A stretch of DNA of 60,782 nucleotides from Cyanophyceae cyanobacterium (GTDB lineage Bacteria; Cyanobacteriota; Cyanobacteriia; Cyanobacteriales; JBHJGN01), in NCBI GenBank assembly GCA_050331735.1, contig JBHJGN010000056.1, positions 1-60,782 of the forward strand, written 5' to 3'. Within the stretch, counting starts at the first letter, position 1. Every line of letters starts with the position of its first letter. The position numbers and the translations under genes are program-made. Below, in pieces: positions 1 to 9,500 of this stretch. The notes under the pieces were generated by a model. The model was not told where the DNA came from. It did no database searches and saw only the letters and a program-made list of their open reading frames with translations.

Positions 1-885
1 GTATAGGGCAGCCAGATTATTAAGACTGAGGGCAATATCAGGATGGTCGCCTTCAAAGAGCCGCTGCCGCATGGCTAGAGCTTCGGTGAGCAGAGGTTGA
101 GCTTGACTGTACTGGCTTTGGGATTGGTACAAAGAGGCTAGGTTATTGAGACTGAGGGCAACATCGGCATGGTCGCCCTCATAGAGTCGTCGCCGCATGG
201 CCAAGGCTTCAGTATACAGCGGTTCGGCTTCGCCGGATCTGCCCTGAGATTGATATAGAAAGGCGAGAGTGTTGAGACTAGTGGCAATCTCCGGGCGATC
301 ACCTGACTGGATGGTTTTTCTCAGCGTTAATAGCTGCTCAGCCAGAGCGATCGCTTCTGGGTAGTTTCCCTGAGCGGAAAGTTCCGCTATCTGTTGAGAG
401 AGCTTCCCGGCTTCTGCTAAGGGGGCCTCCTCTGATGAGGCGGCTTGCCAACTGAGAGTATAGCGACCCGTCGCTGCGGCGGCCTGAGAACTAGCCACCA
501 AGGTATAGGTTCCCTCCTTGAGCAAGGTGGTCACAATGCGAGCCTGATTGGTGGCTCCGCCATCACCCGCTTCAGCAATTTTGTGGCCCTCTGGATCGAG
601 CACAACGAGGTAAGGAGCAAACTCATGACTCGTCAGTTTAATTGTCACTTGTTGCTCTGCTTGACCCTCTAGAACGTGAACTTGGTAGTGGCGGCCATCG
701 TTCAGCGTGTCGCCGTCGCTGGCGAGTTGGCCCTCGACAGAGCCAGGTTGAAAGCTGGCTGAGGCGGCTGACTGTGACGTTCTAGGGGGAATCTCACCTG
801 CTAGCGTCGGCGTTATCAACGCAAGCGCGATCGCCCCACAGCCTCCCCACAAAGTTGTTTTCCACCCCTTCACAAATCTCAGCAT
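1..885 (-). CDS. Secreted PPC + tetratricopeptide-repeat protein (probably TPR-CHAT), runs off the left window edge
   Basis: Not in the ORF track. Hand translation from ATG at 885: MLRFVKGWKTTLWGGCGAIALALITPTLA (signal-like)...DGRHYQVHVLEGQAEQQVTIKLTS (PPC)...GRYTLSW...IATSLNTLAFLYQSQG...HADVALSLNNLASLYQ...HPDIALSLNNLAALY. Open to base 1; colinear with 6521..10390. Confidence 0.9.
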   Translation of the reverse strand, partial: MLRFVKGWKTTLWGGCGAIALALITPTLAGEIPPRTSQSAASASFQPGSVEGQLASDGDTLNDGRHYQVHVLEGQAEQQVTIKLTSHEFAPYLVVLDPEGHKIAEAGDGGATNQARIVTTLLKEGTYTLVASSQAAAATGRYTLSWQAASSEEAPLAEAGKLSQQIAELSAQGNYPEAIALAEQLLTLRKTIQSGDRPEIATSLNTLAFLYQSQGRSGEAEPLYTEALAMRRRLYEGDHADVALSLNNLASLYQSQSQYSQAQPLLTEALAMRQRLFEGDHPDIALSLNNLAALY

Positions 886-1045
886 GTCCTTTCTGACCTT
901 TTTTCCAACAGTAAATTTACAATTAATCTCTAAGCGAAACTGCTAACAACGTCATTAAATGAGTCTGAAGCTAGCAGGCGATCGCCCTTTTGTCCTCGAA
1001 ATCTTTTGCCCTTAAAATGGGTGTGTCCTAAACCTTGCTTTGGTT

Positions 1046-1834
1046 ATGAGTTGGCTTGCTTCTGCGCCATTGTTAGCGGGAGTTCTCACCTCCCTCTCGT
1101 CTAGCCTATTCCCTTTATCTCAATCGTGGCCACTGTTGCCTACACCGAAGTCAGAAACTTACATCAGCGTTGAATTTCCCTCGCTTCCAGACGAAGAGGC
1201 CGCGGAAAACACGGCAGGAGGCGGCAGGCGCGGTGACTGTACCGGAGACCGGGTTCCGCTCACCGTGTTGATGCCCCCAGACGGGGTTGTGACCACCCTA
1301 GCGTCTAATCCAACAATTTACTGGTTCATCCCGGAATCGACGGCGACCACCGCAGAATTTATCATCGTTGATGCCGAAGGCAATGACGTTTACACCAACA
1401 CCATTGAGCCTCCCGCCTCATCCGGCTTGGTCAAGCTTCAGCTACCAGAGTCAGTGGCTTTAAACTATGGGGAAAGCTACGAGTGGCAGCTCACCCTATT
1501 TTGCTCAACTCAAACGGCTGAGCGTGAATTAATTACCGGCAGTGAATCGATTACTGGTAAGTTACAGCGGATTCAGCTCACGGAGGAACAGCAGGCGGAA
1601 CTAGCGGCGATCGCCAACCAGTCGGAATCCGCTCCTCAACTGATTGCAGCCGCCGAACGCTACGCAGAGTATGGGCTGTGGCAAGAAGCGCTTACCACCC
1701 TGGAGCAATTACGCCAGTCCGACCCCGATCTCGGGATGCAGGAATGGACTGAATTGCTCAACTCAGTCGGGATTGAAGCCCCAGAAATTGTGGAAGCGAC
1801 TGTAGTTGGCGCTGTCGAACCAGGAACTCCTTAA
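1046..1834 (+). CDS. DUF928 family protein, exported
   Basis: Hydrophobic N-terminus, AGGGRRGDC motif, TTLASNPTIYWFIP, YEWQL, YAEYGLWQEALTTL, WTELLNSVG. ATG 1046 preferred over TTG 1040. Confidence 0.85.
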   Translation: MSWLASAPLLAGVLTSLSSSLFPLSQSWPLLPTPKSETYISVEFPSLPDEEAAENTAGGGRRGDCTGDRVPLTVLMPPDGVVTTLASNPTIYWFIPESTATTAEFIIVDAEGNDVYTNTIEPPASSGLVKLQLPESVALNYGESYEWQLTLFCSTQTAERELITGSESITGKLQRIQLTEEQQAELAAIANQSESAPQLIAAAERYAEYGLWQEALTTLEQLRQSDPDLGMQEWTELLNSVGIEAPEIVEATVVGAVEPGTP

Positions 1835-1842
1835 AGCGAGCT

Positions 1843-4086
1843 ATGTCACCGAAACTGAAGCAGTTCCTTTGGCAATGGCGTAGCGTTCGGTTCGCTGTCC
1901 CTCTAGCCGGGATTGTGATGGTGGTGCGGTTGGCTGGATGGTTGCAGAATTCGGAGTTAGCCGTCTTCGACCTCTACAAACGCTGGCGTCCGAGTGACCC
2001 CACCGATAGCCGCATTGCCATCGTGGGAATCGACGAAGACGATTTTCGTCATCTCAACCAGGGCGTGATTTCTGATCGCGTTTTGGCTCAGCTCATCGAA
2101 AAACTCAAGGCGATGGAGCCCCGGGCCATAGGGCTGGATATCTATCGAGATCTACCCGTCGAACCCGGTCATCAAGAGTTAATCCGAGTTTACGAATCGA
2201 CTCCAAACCTCATCGGCATCCAAAAACTCGTTGGAGACCCCAGAACAGAAGCCGTGGCTCCACCGCCGCAGCTCAAAGCCAGCGGGCAGGTGGGCGCGAA
2301 CGATATGAAGTTCGACCGAGACAACGTGGTGCGGCGGGGGTACTTAAGAATTGGCAGCAAGGACGAAAGCCTAGAAAGCTTTGCTCTTTACCTAGCGGCG
2401 GCGTACTTAGAAGCAGAGGGGATTGCCCCCCAGGTTCCCGCCGGAACGACGATTTTTCAGTTTGGAGACAGCCTGTTTCCGCGCTTTGCTAGGAATGACG
2501 GTAGCTATGTGAGAACAGACGATAAGAGTTATCAAACGCTGCTCAACTACCGAGGTCCGGCGGGCCATTTTCCCACCGCCTCTTTGATCGATATCTTGCA
2601 GGGGCGGGTCGCGCCAGAGTGGGGACGCGATCGCCTGATTCTAATCGGCTACGTTGGCGAAAGTTTTCAAGATCTCCACGCCACTCCTCATACGACGAAT
2701 CCTTCGGAACGCATGGCGGGGGTAGAAATCCACGCTCACCTCGCCAGTCAAATTATCAGCCAGGTTCTCGACGGTCGTTCTCCTATCAACACCCTTTCAG
2801 AACCGCTGGAGTATCTTTGGATCTTCTCCTGGCTAGGCGTTGGCCTGGGTATTGTGTGGGCTGCCCGACCCCTTAAGCCTAAATTCTTGCTGTGGCTGCT
2901 GGTGGTGGGAGCCGGAACCCTGCTAGCAGCGGGGGGAGCGATCGCGATGACCTCCGTTGCTTTCCTAGAGAGTTGGTGGCTGCCTGTCGTCCCGCCTCTC
3001 CTGGTGCTGGTTGGTTCTCCGGTAGCGATGATGATGAACGAATCCTACCGCGCCATCCGCATTCGCCACACCTTCGGACGCTACCTTAGTGATGAAATTG
3101 TGGCGACTCTGCTGGAACACCCCGAAGGATTAAGGCTGGGGGGAGAGAAACGGAAAATTACGCTCCTCGTCTCCGATTTACGGGGATTTACCACTATCTC
3201 CGAAAGCCTTTCCCCGGATGCCGTTGTCAAAATCCTCAACTTTTACCTGGAGCAGATGGCGAACGTGATTACTGAGTACCAGGGAACCATCGACGAATTT
3301 ATGGGAGACGGTATTTTAGTGCTGTTTGGCGCTCCTGTCTCGCGCCAGGATGATGCCGAACGGGCGGTAGCGGCGGCGATCGCCATGCAGCTTGCGATGG
3401 AATCGGTCAATACTCAAATGCAGCAGTGGGGCTTTCCCGAGCTAGCAATGGGCATCGGCATCAATACCGGAGAAGTAGTGGTCGGCAATTTGGGGTCAGA
3501 AAAACGCACCAAGTATGGAGTTGTCGGTCATGAAGTCAACTTGACGTATCGGATCGAATCCTACACGGTGGGCGGGCAAATTTTGATTGCAGAAACCGCC
3601 CTTCAAGCCGCCGGAAACTCCGTTCAGGTTGGTGACTCCCGGCAGGTGTCCCCCAAAGGCGTGAAAGAGCCGCTCACCGTTTATGAAGTCAGGGGCATCG
3701 AGGGCAAGGACTCTCTCTGTTTACCCCAAGAAAATGAACTGTTTGTTTCCTTGCCTATCCCCATCGCGATTCAATACGTTCGCCTCCAGGGAAAAGATCT
3801 GGGTCACCAAGAGGAGTCAGGCAGCATCGTCCGGCTATCCTTGAAGGGAGTAGAAATTTGCGGTGATCGCTCAGAACAAACTCGGCTCTCCTCTCTAGAT
3901 AATCTCAGACTGCGCCTGCACCAGTCCGGGGAAGAAAATTATTTCTATGCCAAGGTGTTACAGGTTGAGCAAGCTTCCCAGCGGTTTCAGGCGCGGTTAA
4001 CCACGGTTCCGGCTGAAATTAAAGCTAAATTGGATGCTCTATACTACAAGCAACGGCCAAGCGGCTTGGGGAAAGAAACATCGTGA
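1843..4086 (+). CDS. CHASE2-domain membrane class III nucleotidyl cyclase (Cya2-like, probably guanylyl cyclase)
   Basis: CHASE2 (IAIVGIDE, AIGLDIYRD, MAGVEIHA), 3 TM helices, cyclase motifs SDLRGFT, DEFMGDG, GIGINTG, KYGVVGHEVNLTYRIES. Confidence 0.9.
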   Translation: MSPKLKQFLWQWRSVRFAVPLAGIVMVVRLAGWLQNSELAVFDLYKRWRPSDPTDSRIAIVGIDEDDFRHLNQGVISDRVLAQLIEKLKAMEPRAIGLDIYRDLPVEPGHQELIRVYESTPNLIGIQKLVGDPRTEAVAPPPQLKASGQVGANDMKFDRDNVVRRGYLRIGSKDESLESFALYLAAAYLEAEGIAPQVPAGTTIFQFGDSLFPRFARNDGSYVRTDDKSYQTLLNYRGPAGHFPTASLIDILQGRVAPEWGRDRLILIGYVGESFQDLHATPHTTNPSERMAGVEIHAHLASQIISQVLDGRSPINTLSEPLEYLWIFSWLGVGLGIVWAARPLKPKFLLWLLVVGAGTLLAAGGAIAMTSVAFLESWWLPVVPPLLVLVGSPVAMMMNESYRAIRIRHTFGRYLSDEIVATLLEHPEGLRLGGEKRKITLLVSDLRGFTTISESLSPDAVVKILNFYLEQMANVITEYQGTIDEFMGDGILVLFGAPVSRQDDAERAVAAAIAMQLAMESVNTQMQQWGFPELAMGIGINTGEVVVGNLGSEKRTKYGVVGHEVNLTYRIESYTVGGQILIAETALQAAGNSVQVGDSRQVSPKGVKEPLTVYEVRGIEGKDSLCLPQENELFVSLPIPIAIQYVRLQGKDLGHQEESGSIVRLSLKGVEICGDRSEQTRLSSLDNLRLRLHQSGEENYFYAKVLQVEQASQRFQARLTTVPAEIKAKLDALYYKQRPSGLGKETS

Positions 4087-4874
4087 CTCAATTACTCTTT
4101 CTCGGTTCTGGTTCTGCCTTTACTGTGGGAGCCGATAATTTCCAGTCCAATTTGTTGCTAACCAGCGCTCGGGGCAATCGTCTGCTGATTGACTGCGGCT
4201 CGGATATTCGTTTCTCGCTGCACTCCCAGGGCTACTCCTACCTAGATATTACCGACATCTATATTAGTCATCTGCACGCCGACCATATTGGCGGTTTGGA
4301 GTACATCGGCTTTAGTACCAAGTTCGATCCGCGCTGCCCAAAACCGAATCTGTATCTGAGTAAAGAGCTAGAGAGCGAACTGTGGGAACGGAGTTTAGCG
4401 GGGGGCATGCGCTCTGTTCAAGGAGATCTCGTCAGCTTAGATTTTTTCTTCAACGTTTGTCCGGTAGAAGCGACACGCTCTTTTGAGTGGGAGGACATTC
4501 AGTTTAATTTGGTTAAAGTTGTGCATGTAGACAACGGATATTTCGTGGTTCCCAGCTACGGTTTAGGCTTTGAGGTCAACAGAATGCAGGTCTTTCTAAC
4601 AACGGATACTCAACTGCATCGGTGCCTTGAGGATTATGCTCGCGCCGACCTGATCTTTCAAGATTGTGAAATTTCCTTCTCTCCTTCGGGAGTGCATTCC
4701 CACTATCAAGAACTCGTGCAGCTCCCCCTAGAGATCAAAAGCAAGATGTGGCTGTATGGCTATCAGCCGGGAGAACTTCCTCACGCCACTCAGGATGGTT
4801 TTAAAGGGTTCGTCAAACGAGGGCAGCTCTTCGATTTTGACCGTTTACCCTTACAATCGAGCTTGAGAGCTTAG
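4083..4874 (+). CDS. MBL-fold metallo-hydrolase, putative cyclic-nucleotide phosphodiesterase
   Basis: FLGSGSAF, LLIDCG, SHLHADH, TTDT, FQDC, VHSHY. GTGA overlap with the cyclase stop suggests translational coupling. Confidence 0.85.
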   Translation: MTQLLFLGSGSAFTVGADNFQSNLLLTSARGNRLLIDCGSDIRFSLHSQGYSYLDITDIYISHLHADHIGGLEYIGFSTKFDPRCPKPNLYLSKELESELWERSLAGGMRSVQGDLVSLDFFFNVCPVEATRSFEWEDIQFNLVKVVHVDNGYFVVPSYGLGFEVNRMQVFLTTDTQLHRCLEDYARADLIFQDCEISFSPSGVHSHYQELVQLPLEIKSKMWLYGYQPGELPHATQDGFKGFVKRGQLFDFDRLPLQSSLRA

Positions 4875-5001
4875 AAGGTAATCTTTTAAGTAAACAGATG
4901 GAATTACAAAGAAACGTCCAAGTCTTTCCTTTACCCAGCAAGCTTAAACGATTGGTGAACTTTTCTCCTGCCACTGAACTAATTGAAGCAGCCAATACGT
5001 G

Positions 5002-6477
5002 ATGAGTTCCTCTTGGTCAGAACCGTTGAGAAATATCTTCTCGTTCTTTCAATCCATTCGCTTTCCGATTGGCGAAGCGGAGCTTTCGCTATTGGCGATC
5101 GCCCAGCTCATTGCCTATCTGGTTGTTGTCTTTGTGCTGGTGCGGCTGCTCAAAAATTTCTTGCAGCAGCGGGTGTTAGTTAAACTCGGCATCGATGGCG
5201 GCAACCGGGCGGCGATCGCCACGATAATTAGCTATGCTGGCGGTGCTTTAATTTACTTTGTGATTTTGCAATCTAGTGGCTTCAATCTGGCTTCCTTGGC
5301 AGTTTTAGCCGGGGGGTTAGGAGTCGGGATCGGTTTTGGTCTGCAAGATCTTACTAAAAATTTTGTCAGCGGTCTGACGCTGCTGATCGAGCGCAACGTT
5401 AAGGTGGGGGATTTTGTCGAAATAGACGATTTGGAGGGATACGTCGAAGAGGTAACCACTCGCTCCACCATTATCCGGACCCGAGACGGCGCTCATATTG
5501 TTGTTCCCAACAGCCAGCTTGTGGAGAATCGGCTCGTCAACTGGACCTACGAAAATCAGACAGGTCGGATCAGCATCGATATTGAGGTCGATGAAGACAG
5601 CGATCCGCTCCTTGTTACTGAAGCGCTGCTCAAATCGGCCTATCAGGAAAAGCATGTACTCTCCGACCCCTCTCCCCAAGTCGTTCTGCGCGGATTTGGA
5701 GACACTTCTTTGATTTTTGCTCTCTGGGTTTGGGTCAATGCCATTGATAAAAAGCCCCTCATTATTAGCAATCTGCATTACTCGATTCGGTACAGCTTAC
5801 GCGCCTATCAGGTGGAGTTGCCCACTCCGCAACGGAATTTTTGGATTAACAATCTCAACGATCTTCGACTTCCGTCTCAGCAAAATGGTCTTGCTGAACG
5901 AGAATCAGCAGAACAATCGGCGCTGCCAACGTCAGCAGTACCGCCTTCAATGCTGCTGATTAGAGATTTGCTCAAACAAGTCCCGTACTTCCAGAGTTTC
6001 AGTGACCTGGAACTAAGAAGAGTGATCGAAAGCGGCTACCATCAGCGCTTGAAAACAGCAGAAATTTTATTTCAGGAGAACGATCCCGGAGATACCTTTT
6101 ACATCGTACTGGCAGGCTCGGTGGAAATTTGGATAGAAAAGCTCCATCGATGCCTCAGTACCCTGGAAGCGGGACAGTTTTTTGGCGAACTAGCCCTCCT
6201 GTTAGGCATCCCCAGAACCGCTACCGTCAAAGCGGCTGAAGAAACAATTTTGTTTGCCATCAATCAAAAGAATTTTCAGAAGATTTTGCAGGAGTCTCCC
6301 GAACTCGAAGAAGTGATTTTCAAAGAGTTGAGTAAGCATCAAGAGGAACTCGCTAAGCGACAGCAGGAGTTAAAGAAACTGGGATGGGACGAAGGAGAGA
6401 GCAATCCGTTAGTTTGGGTGCGGCAAAGACTGAAAAAGATCTTCAATCTCGATTTTGAAGGAAGCGGCAATGTGTGA
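5002..6477 (+). CDS. MscS-family channel with C-terminal cyclic-nucleotide-binding domain
   Basis: GGLGVGIGFGLQDLTKNFVSG, VKVGDFVEI, IVVPNS; CNB domain LFQENDPGDTFYIVLAGSVEI...FFGELALLLGIPRTATV. Confidence 0.92.
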   Translation: MSSSWSEPLRNIFSFFQSIRFPIGEAELSLLAIAQLIAYLVVVFVLVRLLKNFLQQRVLVKLGIDGGNRAAIATIISYAGGALIYFVILQSSGFNLASLAVLAGGLGVGIGFGLQDLTKNFVSGLTLLIERNVKVGDFVEIDDLEGYVEEVTTRSTIIRTRDGAHIVVPNSQLVENRLVNWTYENQTGRISIDIEVDEDSDPLLVTEALLKSAYQEKHVLSDPSPQVVLRGFGDTSLIFALWVWVNAIDKKPLIISNLHYSIRYSLRAYQVELPTPQRNFWINNLNDLRLPSQQNGLAERESAEQSALPTSAVPPSMLLIRDLLKQVPYFQSFSDLELRRVIESGYHQRLKTAEILFQENDPGDTFYIVLAGSVEIWIEKLHRCLSTLEAGQFFGELALLLGIPRTATVKAAEETILFAINQKNFQKILQESPELEEVIFKELSKHQEELAKRQQELKKLGWDEGESNPLVWVRQRLKKIFNLDFEGSGNV

Positions 6478-6520
6478 GAGGAGAGGAACTGACTCTAATG
6501 TTTTGGGTTTTGATAGTTAA

Positions 6521-9500
6521 TTGGGGATGATGCCCGCAATGGTAGCGAGATGGATGTTGGGTACAGCGTTGTGTCTGAGTTTAGGAGCGATCGCTCCTGG
6601 CGCAGAACAGGCGGAGGCAAAGGCAGTATCTTCAGCAGAAGCTAACGTGTCTCCTGCTAATATCGACGGCATTCTGAATAGCAATAGCCAGACGTTCGAT
6701 GACGGTCGCTACTACAGCGCTCACCGATTTGAGGGACAGGCCGGACAGCACGTAACCATAACAGTTACTAGCCAGCAATTCGACCCGTTTTTAGGGTTGT
6801 TCGACGCTCGCGATCAGCTCATTGCCAGCCAGAGCGGTGCTGACCGAGTCAGCCTGACCGTGACTCTACCCGATATCGGTCCCTACACCGTTTTTGTCGT
6901 TGCTTCTCAAGCCGGAGAAACGGGCCGCTACACTCTCAGTTGGCGAGAAGCATCCGCAACAGAACGAGAGTTAGCAGAAGCCTACCAGCTCAACCAACAG
7001 GTATTAGCCCTGCTCGAACAGGGGGAATATGCCCAAGCGATTCCTCTGGCAGAACGGGCCTTGGCAATTCGCGAACGAGTACTGGGAGAGGAACATGCTG
7101 ATGTGGCAACAAGCGTCAACAATTTAGCCTCACTCTATTACGACCAGGGAAACTACGCTAAAGCCGAACCGCTCTTCCGGCGTGCTCTCCGCATTTCTGA
7201 GGAAGCTCTGGGTTCAAATCATCCCGATGTAGCCACTAGCCTTGATAACTTAGCCAGTCTCTATCAGGCTCAGGGCAACTACGCTGAAGCTGAACCGCTG
7301 TCGCAACGCGCCCTGGCGATTCGAGAGAACAATTTCGGCGCTGAGCATCTCGATGTAGCGACGAGTCTGAGTAATTTAGCCAGTCTCTATCAGGCTCAGG
7401 GTAGGTATGCGGAAGCCGAACCGCTTCTACAGCGCTCCCTCGCTATTTCTGAAAAGCTCCTGGAACCAGACCATCCCGACGTGACTAACAAGCTGAGTAA
7501 CCTAGCAACGCTGTACCAGGCTCAGGGGAACTATGCTGAAGCCGAACCGTTATTACAGAGAGTGCTGGCTATTCGAGAGAAAATCTTTGAGCCAACGCAC
7601 CCCGCAGTGGCTAATAGTCTTAACAATTTAGCCGCGCTCTACCACGAGCAGGGCAACTACGCGGAAGCCGCGTCCTTGTTCCAACGCGCCCTGGCGATTC
7701 GAGAACAGGTTTTTGGCTCCGAGCATCCTGACGTGGCCGTTAGCTTGAGTAACTTAGCGACTCTCTATCAAGCTCAGGGCAAGTACGCTGAAGCCGACCC
7801 CCTCTTTCAGCGAGCTTTGGCGATCGCCCAAGAGGTTTTAGGACCAGACCACCCCGACGTGAGCAATAAGCTGAATAATCTAGCTAACCTGTCTCAAGAC
7901 CGGGGGAACTACTCTGAAGCCGAGTCTCTTTATCAACGCGCGCTAGAGATTCGGGAGCAGGCGTTCGGACTAGAGCATCCTGATGTGGCCGTTAGCCTCA
8001 ATAATCTAGCCTTACTGTTCAAAGTCCAGGGCAACTACGCCAAAGCCGAGCAGCTTTATCAACAGGCTCTAAAAGTTTTAGAGCAGGTGCTAGGACCAGA
8101 GCATCCGGATGTGGCGACGAACCTCGATAACCTAGCGGTGCTCTACCAAACCCAGGGGAGCTACAGCAAAGCTCAGCCTTTCTATCAACGGGCGCTGAAG
8201 ATTCGGGAGCAGGCGTTCGGAAACGCCCATCCTGACGTAGCCCTGAGCCTCAATAACCTTGCTGGTCTATCCCAAATTCAGGAGAACTACGCTCGCGCCG
8301 AGACTCTTCATCAACGCGCTTTGAAGATTCGGGAGCAGGTCTTAGGAGCCGAGCATCCCTGGGTGGCAGCGAGTCTGAATAACTTAGCGGATCTGCATCA
8401 AGCGCAGGGAGACTATGTTCGCGCCAAAACGCTTCATCAGCGCGCTCTTGGTATTTTTGAGCAGTCTTTGGGAGCTGAGCATCCTTGGGTGGCAGCGAGT
8501 TTGAATAACTTAGCAGAACTGCACCAAGGGCAAGGGAACTACGCTCGCGCCGAGACTCTTCATCAACGCGCCCTTAATATCTCCGAGCAAACCTTTGGCT
8601 CCGAGCACCCGGATGTCGCCTTGAGCCTCAATAACCTCTCGTCGCTCTACCAAGCTCAAGGTAATTTTAACCGCGCCCTGGAATTTCTGACCCGTGGCAC
8701 TGATATCGAAGAAACGAATCTGGCGCTCAACCTAATAGCAGGCTCAGAAGCTCAGAAACGCGCCTACCTGGCTACTTTTTCTGAGTCCACCGACAGGGCG
8801 GTTTCTCTCCATCTCCAGCAAATACCGGATCACCTGGAGGCCGCACGTTTAGCCTTGACCACTCTGCTCCGGCGTAAAGGACGAGTCCTAGATGTAGTGG
8901 CCAATACGTTGCCCTCTTTGCGTCAGCGTCTGGACCCGGAAGACCAAGCTCTGCTGGATGAACTGGCCGCTATTCGTTCCCAGCTTGCCGCTCTCACGTT
9001 TGAAGGAGCCGGAACTTCTCCCGATCTCTATCGCGAACAGCTCAATACTCTTAAAGCCGAAGCGGAGCGCTTAGAAGCGACCCTCTCCCGCCGCAGCGCC
9101 GCCTTTTCGCAAAACACTCAAGTGGTGACGATCGCCGCTGTCCAGCAGCAGATTCCAGAAGAGGCGGCCTTAGTAGAACTAATCCGCTATGACCCCTTCA
9201 ATGCTAAAGCCGCCACGCCCAGTAAAAAATGGTTACCGCCGCGCTACGCTGCCTACATCCTCTACTCCCAGGGCGATCCCCGGTGGGTAGACTTGGGGGA
9301 AGCAGCCGTCATCGATCGGACCGTCACTGAATTTCGCCGCTCCCTGGCTAATCTTCCCGCCTCACCAGCAGCCAGTCCCGCTCTGATGAAACGCGCAACT
9401 CGTCAGGTGAAGCAGCAGGCTCGTCGCCTCGACGAACAGGTGATGCAGCCCGTGCGCACACTCTTAGGCGATACCCGCACCCTCCTCCTCGCTCCCGATA

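Noticed and set aside
445..672. 75-aa + strand ORF
   Set aside because: Antisense shadow of the real minus-strand TPR gene at 1..885.
7090..8700. Regularly spaced repeats resembling a CRISPR array
   Set aside because: These are in-frame degenerate 126-nt TPR units with no unique spacers, and no cas genes are present. No CRISPR array was seen anywhere in the window.
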